Positions 16,190 to 22,715 of a stretch of 32,005 nucleotides of DNA are shown one piece after another; position 1 is the stretch's first letter, and every line of letters begins with the position of its first letter. The notes beneath the pieces were generated by a model that was not told the origin of the DNA, ran no database searches, and saw only the letters and a program-made list of their open reading frames with translations. The position numbers and the translations under genes were made by a program. Source of the DNA: an uncultured Anaerolineae bacterium (GTDB taxonomy: Bacteria > Chloroflexota > Anaerolineae > JAYEMR01); NCBI GenBank assembly GCA_964425465.1, contig CAYRNM010000004.1, forward strand, positions 1 to 32,005, given 5' to 3'.

Positions 16190-16241
16190 GCGAGGCGATC
16201 CTCAGCTACAATTCATGGTGGGTCTCCAGGATTTGAGTACT

Positions 16242-16269
16242 ATTATAGCGACAATTGCTAATCTGTCAA
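16242..16269 (-). promoter_or_regulatory. consensus sigma70-like promoter of the receptor/ABC operon
   Basis: The minus strand reads TTGACA (16269..16264), a 16-nt spacer, then TATAAT (16247..16242). Both hexamers match the consensus perfectly. Confidence 0.55.
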
Positions 16270-16294
16270 ATCACCTGGCTGCGGCTGACCCGTG

Positions 16295-16323
16295 TTGCCT
16301 ATATCGAAGTATTGTGGTAAAAT
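16295..16323 (+). promoter_or_regulatory. sigma70-like promoter for the liv operon
   Basis: TTGCCT (16295..16300), a 17-nt spacer, then TGgTAAAAT (hexamer 16318..16323). GGAGAGGG lies upstream of TTG 16390. Confidence 0.4.
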
Positions 16324-16389
16324 TGACGCCATTGCAGGGAGGTCATTGCGCCTCTGCAGAATCCCGAAACCACAGGAGAGGGTAGGCCG

Positions 16390-17187
16390 TTGGATAATCT
16401 CAGTAGTGACAGAAAGCAGCGCTCGATCCTGTACGTGGAGCGGGTGAGTAAAGCCTTCGGCGGCTTGATGGCTGTGAACGACCTCTCCCTGGAGGTGTCT
16501 CCGCGGACCATCACGGGCCTCATCGGCCCCAACGCGGCCGGTAAGACCACCCTCTTCAATCTGATCTCCGGGCTGTACAAGACCGACGCTGGGGCCATCT
16601 ATTTCAACGGAGAGCGCATTGATGGTCTGCCACCGCACAGGATTTTCCACAAAGGCATCTGTCGTACCTTTCAAATCACCCGTGAGCTCAAACTGATGAC
16701 CGTGCTGGAAAACCTGATGCTGGTGCCGCCAAGCCAGGCCGGGGAGAGCCTGCTGAACACCTGGCTGCGGCCCTGGCGGGTACGGACCCAGGAGCGGGAG
16801 CTCAGGGAGAAGGCGCTGGAGGTGTTGTGCTTCGTGGAGCTGATTGACCTGCAGGATGAATATGCAGGCCATCTATCAGCCGGACAGAAGCGGCTGCTGG
16901 AGCTGGCCCGCACGATGATGGCCGATCCGCAGCTCCTTCTATTGGACGAGCCGGGTGCTGGGGTGAACCCCACTCTGCTGAAGCGGTTGGTGGAGTACAT
17001 CCAGCGGCTGGCCTTTGAACATGGGGTGACCATCTTCCTGATCGAGCACGACATGGACCTGGTGATGAGCACCTGTAACCCGGTCATCGTGATGAACAGC
17101 GGTGAGAAGTTGGCCGAGGGACCGCCGGATGCCATCCGGCGCGATCCGCAGGTGCTGGAAGCCTACCTGGGAGGGCAACAGCGATGA
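16390..17187 (+). CDS. livG: branched-chain/hydrophobic amino-acid (HAAT) ABC transporter ATP-binding protein LivG
   Basis: FGGLMAVNDLSLEV, Walker A GPNAAGKTTLFN, LSAGQKRLLELARTMM, LLLLDEPGAGVNP, and C-terminus DPQVLEAYLGG. TTG start. The stop overlaps the livF ATG (ATGA). Confidence 0.9.
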   Translation: MDNLSSDRKQRSILYVERVSKAFGGLMAVNDLSLEVSPRTITGLIGPNAAGKTTLFNLISGLYKTDAGAIYFNGERIDGLPPHRIFHKGICRTFQITRELKLMTVLENLMLVPPSQAGESLLNTWLRPWRVRTQERELREKALEVLCFVELIDLQDEYAGHLSAGQKRLLELARTMMADPQLLLLDEPGAGVNPTLLKRLVEYIQRLAFEHGVTIFLIEHDMDLVMSTCNPVIVMNSGEKLAEGPPDAIRRDPQVLEAYLGGQQR

Positions 17188-17891
17188 GCCTGCTAGAAGT
17201 CGAAAATGTCGTCTCGGGCTACGGGGAGGAGATGGAGATCCTGCACAATGTCTCCATCCGCGTCGAGAAGGGGGAGATTGTTTCACTGATTGGACCCAAC
17301 GGCGCCGGCAAGTCCACGCTGATGAAGACCATCTTCGGGCTCCTGAGGGCCTGGAAGGGTCGCGTCCTCTTCGCCGGCGAGGAGATCACCCGCCTGCAGC
17401 CCGAACAGATCGTGCGCCGGGGACTGTGCTATGTGCCACAGGTGGACAACGTTTTCCCCTCGCTGACCGTGCAGGAGAATCTGGAGATGGGGGCCTTCAT
17501 CCGTGATGACGACTACCGGCCGCGCATAGATGAGGTCTACGACATGTTTCCGGACCTGAAGGGCCGGCGGGGCACTCGGGTCGGCAGGCTCAGCGGCGGG
17601 ATGCGGCAGATGGTCGCCCTGGGCCGGGCGCTGATGCTAGACCCCCAGATGCTGCTGCTGGATGAGCCCTCGGCCGGGCTGGCCCCCCTGGTTGTGGAGC
17701 TGATCTTCGAGCGCATTCGGGCCATCAACCAGCAGGGGGTGACCATCGTGATCGTGGAGCAGAACGCACGCAAGGCGTTGGAGAACTCGGATCGGGGTTA
17801 TGTCCTGGTGGACGGACAGAACCGCCTGGAGGGCGCGGGACAGGCGCTGCTGGCCGATAAGCAAATTGGTGAGCTATTCCTGGGGAGATAG
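17184..17891 (+). CDS. livF: HAAT-family ABC transporter ATP-binding protein LivF
   Basis: LEVENVVSGYG, GPNGAGKSTLMKTI, VPQVDNVFPSLTVQENLEMG, LSGGMRQMVALGRALM, LLLLDEPSAGLAP. Confidence 0.9.
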   Translation: MSLLEVENVVSGYGEEMEILHNVSIRVEKGEIVSLIGPNGAGKSTLMKTIFGLLRAWKGRVLFAGEEITRLQPEQIVRRGLCYVPQVDNVFPSLTVQENLEMGAFIRDDDYRPRIDEVYDMFPDLKGRRGTRVGRLSGGMRQMVALGRALMLDPQMLLLDEPSAGLAPLVVELIFERIRAINQQGVTIVIVEQNARKALENSDRGYVLVDGQNRLEGAGQALLADKQIGELFLGR

Positions 17892-17894
17892 GCG

Positions 17895-18800
17895 GTGGCT
17901 GAACTGGTGGGCTACGGCGTTGTGCTGGGCAGCATCATCACTCTAGGAGCGATTGGTCTGACGCTGATCTACGGCATCGTCCGCTTCGGCAACTTTGCCC
18001 ACGGCGATCTGATGACCCTGGGAGCTTACCTGGCCCTGCTGCTGGCGGCGCGCCTATTCCCTGCTTTGGGCGTATCCGACAGCCGTCTGGGCGCCCTGTC
18101 CTTCGGCTGGGTGATGCTGGTCTCATTTGTACCGGCCATGGTGGTCACCGGCCTGGTGGCGGTGGGGGTGGACCGGCTGGTGTACCAGCGGCTGCGGCAT
18201 TTGAGGGTCCCGCCGGTGATGCTGGCCATGGCCTCGCTAGCTATGGCCTTCATCCTGCGAAGCCTGATCTACATCTTCTGGGGGCCCGACTTTCACTTCT
18301 ACACCTCGGGCCTACGACCGATGTTGATGCTGCCCCTGGGGATCAAACTGCGCCCTGACCAAATCTTCATTATCGTCACCGCCTGGGTCCTGGTCGTGGC
18401 TCTGTACCTCTTCCTGCAGCGGACGAAGATGGGCAAGGCGCTGCGGGCCATGGCCGACAACCCGGACCTGGCACGCATCAGCGGCATCCCCACCGAGCAG
18501 ATGACGACCTGGACCTGGATCATCGGCGGGGGAATGGCGGCGGCCGGTGGCATCCTGTTGGGCATTGACTCCCAGGTCCGACCGGAGATGGGCTGGATTC
18601 TGCTCCTGCCCCTCTTTGCCGCCATCATCCTGGGTGGTATTGGCAACCCCTATGGCGCTCTGGTCGGTGGCCTGGTGATTGGTGTTGTCCAGCAAGTTTC
18701 CACCCAGTGGCTGCTTCCGGCCTATAAACCAGCTGTGGCCTTCGCTGTCCTGATCGTGATCCTTCTGTTTCGCCCCCAGGGCATCTTCGGAGGGAGTTGA
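17895..18800 (+). CDS. livH: HAAT-family ABC transporter permease LivH
   Basis: The pattern is typical of LivH: GSIITLGAIGLTLIYGIVRFGNFAHGDLMTLGAY..., MGKALRAMADNPDLARISGIP, ...LLFRPQGIFG. GTG start with GGGGAGA upstream. Confidence 0.9.
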   Translation: MAELVGYGVVLGSIITLGAIGLTLIYGIVRFGNFAHGDLMTLGAYLALLLAARLFPALGVSDSRLGALSFGWVMLVSFVPAMVVTGLVAVGVDRLVYQRLRHLRVPPVMLAMASLAMAFILRSLIYIFWGPDFHFYTSGLRPMLMLPLGIKLRPDQIFIIVTAWVLVVALYLFLQRTKMGKALRAMADNPDLARISGIPTEQMTTWTWIIGGGMAAAGGILLGIDSQVRPEMGWILLLPLFAAIILGGIGNPYGALVGGLVIGVVQQVSTQWLLPAYKPAVAFAVLIVILLFRPQGIFGGS

Positions 18801-19768
18801 TGGACATCGTCCGCGTGCTTCATTTCCTGGCTGGCTTTACGATCACAGCCTCCATCTACGCCATCTTCGCCCTGGGACTGAATGTCCACTGGGGCTACAC
18901 CGGGCTGTTCAACATCGGCATCGCCGGCTTCTTCGCCATTGGCGCCTATACCTCGGCGCTGGTGACCAGCCCGCCGCCCTCCGGCGTCCGCGCCGACTAT
19001 GTCCAGCAGGCCATCGGGCTGAACCTGCCCTTCCCGGTGGGGGTGATCGCTGCCGGCCTGGTCTGCGGCCTGCTGGCCATTCTGATCGGTATTCCCACCT
19101 TACGGCTCCGGGAGGACTACCTGGCTATCGCCACCATCGGCATCGCCGAAACGATCCGACGGGTGTTCAACAATGAGCGCTGGCTGGCCAACGGGCCACA
19201 GGGGATGGTGGGGCTAGCGCAGCCATTGGGAGAACTGGTTCCGCCCAACTACTACAACTTCGTCTACCTGGCCATCATTTTAGCGGTTCTGGTGGTGGTC
19301 TACATAGCCCTGGAACGGGGCATTCGCTCCCCCTGGGGCCGTGTCTTGCGGGCCATCCGTGAGGATGAGATCGTCACTGAGGCCGCCGGCAAAGATGTGT
19401 TCCGGTTTAAGATGCAGTCTCTGGTCCTGGGAGCAGCGATCATGGGCCTCGGCGGGGCGCTGTACGCCCACTCGGTGCGCGCCATTCAGCCCAGCGTCTT
19501 CACCCCTCTGTTCGGCACCTTCATCATCTGGGTCATGCTCATCCTGGGGGGCAGCGGCAACAACAAGGGAGTGGTGCTGGGAGCCTTCATTGTTTGGGGG
19601 ATCTGGTCGGGGACGGGCTACGTCATTGATCGGGTGATACCGGTCGCCTGGGCCGCCCGGGCGCCCTTTATCCGCCTGCTGGTGATCGGACTGCTGCTGG
19701 TGGGTATCCTGCTGACCCAGCCGCAGGGCATCCTGGGGGAGGAGAAGCAAGTTTCGCGTATGATGTAG
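18800..19768 (+). CDS. livM: HAAT-family ABC transporter permease LivM
   Basis: ALGLNVHWGYTGLFNIGIAGFFAIGAYTSA..., LRLREDYLAIATIGIAETIRR, and RAIREDEIVTEAAGKDVFRFK. ATG 18800 overlaps the livH TGA (TGATG). The track ORF starts 3 nt earlier at a TTG. Confidence 0.9.
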   Translation: MDIVRVLHFLAGFTITASIYAIFALGLNVHWGYTGLFNIGIAGFFAIGAYTSALVTSPPPSGVRADYVQQAIGLNLPFPVGVIAAGLVCGLLAILIGIPTLRLREDYLAIATIGIAETIRRVFNNERWLANGPQGMVGLAQPLGELVPPNYYNFVYLAIILAVLVVVYIALERGIRSPWGRVLRAIREDEIVTEAAGKDVFRFKMQSLVLGAAIMGLGGALYAHSVRAIQPSVFTPLFGTFIIWVMLILGGSGNNKGVVLGAFIVWGIWSGTGYVIDRVIPVAWAARAPFIRLLVIGLLLVGILLTQPQGILGEEKQVSRMM

Positions 19769-19834
19769 AAGAGAACCGCTGCCGTAAAGCGATTTGGCCA
19801 TCAACTAGTTTTCACACCCCACAAGTTTCCCACC

Positions 19835-19864
19835 GGGCGGTTTCGCGCAAGTCGCGAACCGCCC
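19835..19864 (+). terminator. hairpin downstream of livM
   Basis: GGGCGGTTTCGCG-caagt-CGCGAACCGCCC forms a 12-bp stem with one bulged T, followed by TGATCATTTAT. It lies 67 nt after the livM stop. Confidence 0.45.
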
Positions 19865-19976
19865 TGATCATTTATCACTCGAGATCGCGTAGCAGTGCAC
19901 GTAGCTGTAGGACGAACATAGGAGTGAGCTGAGTAACCAGGCCTACTCCTCGCCCGGCGTGACTGCACAGGCCAGG

Positions 19977-20005
19977 TTGCGGACTGGACCTAACATTGCT
20001 ATACT
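19977..20005 (+). promoter_or_regulatory. sigma70-like promoter for the small membrane-protein gene
   Basis: TTGCGG, a 17-nt spacer, then TGcTATACT (extended -10). AGGAGG lies 6 nt before ATG 20057. Confidence 0.45.
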
Positions 20006-20056
20006 CAAGAGGCATTTGCAGGAAACGGCGGGGGGAAGTAGGATCAGGAGGAGTAC

Positions 20057-20470
20057 ATGAGTCCCAAGCGAGAGCGACGGAAGCGGGCGCGGCAGGAGGT
20101 GGGCCGCAAGTCGGAAGCAGGCATTCAGTGGCTAGGCATCCTGCTGGCATTGTGCGGGGTGGGGATGTTTGCCAGCGGGCTGTACCTGATCGGTATCCTC
20201 CCTCCGCAACTCTTTCCCCGCGTCCAGCGTTTTTGGGAGCCGGCATCCACTGCTCTCCGTATCGGCGCGATCGGCGATCTGTTGGCCGGGACAGTGGTCA
20301 TTGCCTTAGGAGCTTTGGGTATCCGAAAGCGCCTGGCCAAGAGATCATTGTACATTGTCATGGCCTGCGCCTTCCTGGGACTCATCGCTGACATGCTGGG
20401 CGGCCTGTACGCTATCAGCGCTCAGGTAACCTGGTATCTGGCCCTGTTCACGGTGCTATTCCGCCGGTAG
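20057..20470 (+). CDS. small integral membrane protein (about 4 TM helices), no family recognised
   Basis: It has a strong SD and a basic N-terminus (MSPKRERRKRARQEVGRK) followed by four hydrophobic segments. It is preferred over the antisense ORFs 19875..20246 and 20125..20394. Confidence 0.6.
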   Translation: MSPKRERRKRARQEVGRKSEAGIQWLGILLALCGVGMFASGLYLIGILPPQLFPRVQRFWEPASTALRIGAIGDLLAGTVVIALGALGIRKRLAKRSLYIVMACAFLGLIADMLGGLYAISAQVTWYLALFTVLFRR

Positions 20471-20501
20471 ATGGAATGGGTAGCGGATTCCAAAAGGGTG
20501 G

Positions 20502-20774
20502 CTAGAGTACCTCGAACCATATCAGGATGCCCAGTACTACAAAAGCTACCGCCGAAGCTTTGCGTAGGAAGATAGCAGGTACCAGCCGACACAGGACCTG
20601 ACCTCCTAGTACGCCCAGAAGTGTCACTACTGCCAGAGCCCCAACCGCTCCCATAAAGACCGCCCCCGGATGGCCATACTTGCTGACCATGCTAATAACG
20701 GCCAGTTGTGTCTTATCCCCCAGTTCAGCCACAAACAGCAGCACGAAGGTGCTGAGGAGAACATTCCAGTCCAT
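20502..20774 (-). CDS. single-repeat UPF0016 (GDT1/TMEM165/MneA) family cation (Mn2+/Ca2+) transporter subunit
   Basis: It is 90 aa with 3 predicted TM helices and the family signature E-x-G-D-K-T in FVAELGDKTQLAVISM. Only one copy of the repeat is present. Confidence 0.85.
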   Translation of the reverse strand: MDWNVLLSTFVLLFVAELGDKTQLAVISMVSKYGHPGAVFMGAVGALAVVTLLGVLGGQVLCRLVPAIFLRKASAVAFVVLGILIWFEVL

Positions 20775-20808
20775 TTCCTACCTTCCAATGGGTACAACCA
20801 AGGCGAGA

Positions 20809-20878
20809 ACTTTGATCCGCCAGAGCGTGTCTTGCCTCCGCAGGCCACAGGAGTTCGCCCGTTGGTAGCGCATCAAGT
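20809..20878 (-). promoter_or_regulatory. structured 5' leader of the UPF0016 gene
   Basis: The RNA 5'-ACUUGAUGCGC (20878..20868) pairs with GGCGGAUCAAAGU (20821..20809), giving 10 bp with one bulge and one mismatch. This stem encloses a CUCC...GGAG hairpin. It begins at about the predicted +1. No known riboswitch motif was recognised. Confidence 0.25.
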
Positions 20879-20885
20879 GATGATA

Positions 20886-20913
20886 GTTATAGCCTGAATG
20901 GAAGCTTTGTCAA
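20886..20913 (-). promoter_or_regulatory. sigma70-like promoter for the UPF0016 gene
   Basis: The minus strand reads TTGACA (20913..20908), a 16-nt spacer, then TATAAC (20891..20886). Confidence 0.5.
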
Positions 20914-21182
20914 GTACGTGGGGAAAGGAAAACAGGGTCGTTGGGGTACGGGCAGATGTGCTCGGTCGCGAGCGGTGCGAGCGACTCTGCCTATCTCGCG
21001 GGTTTGCAGCGGAACCCAAGCTAGGCAGATCCTTCTGTTGGGCTCCAGACTTGACCCAGAGTCCGCCAACCGGGCCCCGTTAGGTGAAACCCGAGGAGGT
21101 TCGGAATGAACCTCCGACGAGTCCCGGCCGCATTACCCTCCCCAAGGTTGCCTGGACTTGGTAAGACACCTGAGGAAAGGCT

Positions 21183-21212
21183 TTTGCCTTTGGTGTGAAT
21201 CTATGCTATAAT
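21183..21212 (+). promoter_or_regulatory. sigma70-like promoter for tatA
   Basis: TTGCCT (21183..21188), an 18-nt spacer, then TGcTATAAT (hexamer 21207..21212). AGGAGG lies at 21254..21259, ahead of ATG 21265. Confidence 0.5.
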
Positions 21213-21264
21213 AAAGGCTGAAGTATCCTAGTGGAACAGGTAGGAGATTAGTTAGGAGGAGAAA

Positions 21265-21456
21265 ATGCCGCATTTGGGACTTCCGGAACTGATGATTATC
21301 CTGGTGATTATCATCATCATCTTCGGCGTGGGGAAGCTGCCGCAGATCGGTGGGGCTTTGGGTCGGGGGATCCACGAGTTCCGAGAGGCCACACGCCAGG
21401 GGGAGGAAGAAGAAGAGGTCTCCCCATCTGAACCTAAAGGAGAGGAAGAAGCGTAA
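21265..21456 (+). CDS. tatA: twin-arginine translocase subunit TatA/E
   Basis: [42 protein letters not shown] followed by an acidic tail. This is the canonical TM helix, the FG..KLP hinge and an amphipathic helix. Confidence 0.9.
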   Translation: MPHLGLPELMIILVIIIIIFGVGKLPQIGGALGRGIHEFREATRQGEEEEEVSPSEPKGEEEA

Positions 21457-21613
21457 TCGCTTTAGGGTTAAACAGCCTGATAGCAGCGGCTCTGGGTCTT
21501 GCCAGGAGCTGAAAAATCGCTATGGCTATAAGTCACCTTGGCCTGATCTTAGTCCTTTCTGCTGGGCAGGGATTCGTCAGTGTGACCTCTAGTTGCTCCG
21601 CGTATGTAGAAGA

Positions 21614-21639
21614 GGGATATCGCGATATGCAGATATCCC
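21614..21639. terminator. hairpin between tatA and the convergent GT2 gene
   Basis: GGGATATC-gcgatatgca-GATATCCC forms an 8-bp stem, followed on the plus strand by CTTTGGTCTTTCT. Confidence 0.3.
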
Positions 21640-21707
21640 CTTTGGTCTTTCTATCCCATGCACTGTAAGCGCAAAAGTCTCTTCACTTACTCTGCGTGGT
21701 CGAAAGG

Positions 21708-22703
21708 CTATCCATGGGGATAGTGGTCGGGGATCTGCTGGAGATGCCGCCAACGCCACCACCATCCCACCGGATAACCGATCATCTTGGCCACATCGCC
21801 CGTTACCCGGATCACCGGCACCCAGACGATGGCCTGGCACCTCCCCCAGAGGGAAAGCGAGCGTATCATGGGAAGCAGCCGCTTGTAGGGGGTGTAGAAC
21901 ATCATCCCGCCCCCTGCAAGAAAGGCCGCTAGCCACAGGGGGCTGTGAAGCAGGCTCAGCAGAAGGAGCAGGGGAGCGGCGACCAGATAGGTCAGATAAC
22001 GGGCCGCATGGCGTTTGCGCCACAGGTCCGCCTTACCATCCCCCCGGCCATAGTGGTAGTATTGGCGGAAAAAGGCAGCCAAGTTGGGCCGAGGGCGAAA
22101 GTGGGCCAAGGCCTGGGGCGCGAAGGCGAAGGGGCCGTGTCGTTCCCGCAGGGCGAAGTCAAAGAGCAGATCCTCGCAATAATCAATCCACTCCGGATAG
22201 CCCCCCACCGCTTTCCAGGCCTCCTTGCGAAAGGCCACCGAGCGACTGGAAGGCATAAACCTGGAAGGATCCACACCGGCCAACGCGGGCAGAATCGTAG
22301 CGCCTAAAGCGGTCTCGAAGATGGACTGAGGATCAGGGGCGAAGAAACCGCTCACGACCTGAGTCCGGGGCTCCTCCTCAAAGGGGGCGATCAGAAAGGC
22401 CAGCCAATTGGTCTCCAGTCGCACCCCGGCATCGGCGACGGCGATGATGAGCCCCTTGGCCTCGGCGATGGCGGCGTTGCGCCCCTGGGAGATGTTGGCC
22501 CCGGGCCGCATGATCACCCGCAGGGGCAGTTTCCCCTCTCGGGCATAACTTCGCAGGATGTCCAGGGTATCATCCGTGGATCCCCCGTCGCAGATCACCA
22601 CCTCATCCGGCGGGCGGCTCTGAGTAGCCAGTGAATCCAACAGACGGCGGATGTTCTTCCCCTCATTGCAGACTGTAACGATGACTGAAACCCTCTCCCC
22701 CAT
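21708..22703 (-). CDS. family 2 glycosyltransferase with C-terminal TM helices (polyprenyl-phosphate sugar synthase-like, GtrB/ArnC/Dpm1 type)
   Basis: VSVIVTVCNEGKNIRRLLDSLATQSRPPDEVVICDGGSTDDT, AVADAG..., and two or three hydrophobic helices near the C-terminus (YLVAAPLLLLLSLLHSPLWLAAFLAGGGMMF; AIVWVPVIRV). It starts 12 nt after the upstream gene stop. Confidence 0.85.
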   Translation of the reverse strand: MGERVSVIVTVCNEGKNIRRLLDSLATQSRPPDEVVICDGGSTDDTLDILRSYAREGKLPLRVIMRPGANISQGRNAAIAEAKGLIIAVADAGVRLETNWLAFLIAPFEEEPRTQVVSGFFAPDPQSIFETALGATILPALAGVDPSRFMPSSRSVAFRKEAWKAVGGYPEWIDYCEDLLFDFALRERHGPFAFAPQALAHFRPRPNLAAFFRQYYHYGRGDGKADLWRKRHAARYLTYLVAAPLLLLLSLLHSPLWLAAFLAGGGMMFYTPYKRLLPMIRSLSLWGRCQAIVWVPVIRVTGDVAKMIGYPVGWWWRWRHLQQIPDHYPHG

Positions 22704-22715
22704 GCACTCTCTCCC

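Noticed and set aside
16047-16241. A possible T-box leader upstream of the amino-acid/peptide receptor operon.
   Set aside because: There is no T-box sequence (AA...GGGUGG.ACCGCG) and no specifier-loop/AG-bulge arrangement. Only CCCACC, the complement, is present. It is kept only as a generic attenuator candidate.
14088-16385. A 765-aa plus-strand ORF, the longest in the track on that strand.
   Set aside because: It is exactly antisense to the receptor gene. Its translation is low-complexity (His/Gly/Leu/Val/Arg-rich, e.g. HHHHLLDRHLLDHLLLDRHLLLHHHRLHH) with no recognisable domain. It is a typical shadow ORF of a GC-rich gene whose opposite strand has very strong homology.
20775-20885. A possible yybP-ykoY (Mn2+) riboswitch in front of the UPF0016 gene.
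   Set aside because: The leader contains GGCAAGAC, which loosely resembles the 3' AGCAAGACC element. The conserved 5' GGGGAGUAG and UUGACA elements, as I recall them, are missing. The predicted fold is a simple extended hairpin, not the four-helix architecture.
21090-21120. GAGGTTCGGAATGAACCTC resembles a tRNA T-arm or an SRP-RNA GGAA loop.
   Set aside because: No acceptor, D or anticodon arms can be built around it. The helix is fully Watson-Crick, without the symmetric or asymmetric loops of SRP domain IV, and the AGCAGC/GGUGCUG elements are absent.
21522-21668. A 48-codon ORF (MAISHLGLILVLSAGQGFVSVTSSCSAYVEEGYRDMQISPLVFLSHAL) in the lower-GC spacer after tatA.
   Set aside because: It has a hydrophobic N-terminus, but the nearest AGGAG is 13 nt upstream of the ATG. 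The ORF runs through the terminator-like hairpin at 21614..21639 and nothing about it is recognisable. The evidence is insufficient to annotate it. Ribosome profiling could revisit it.
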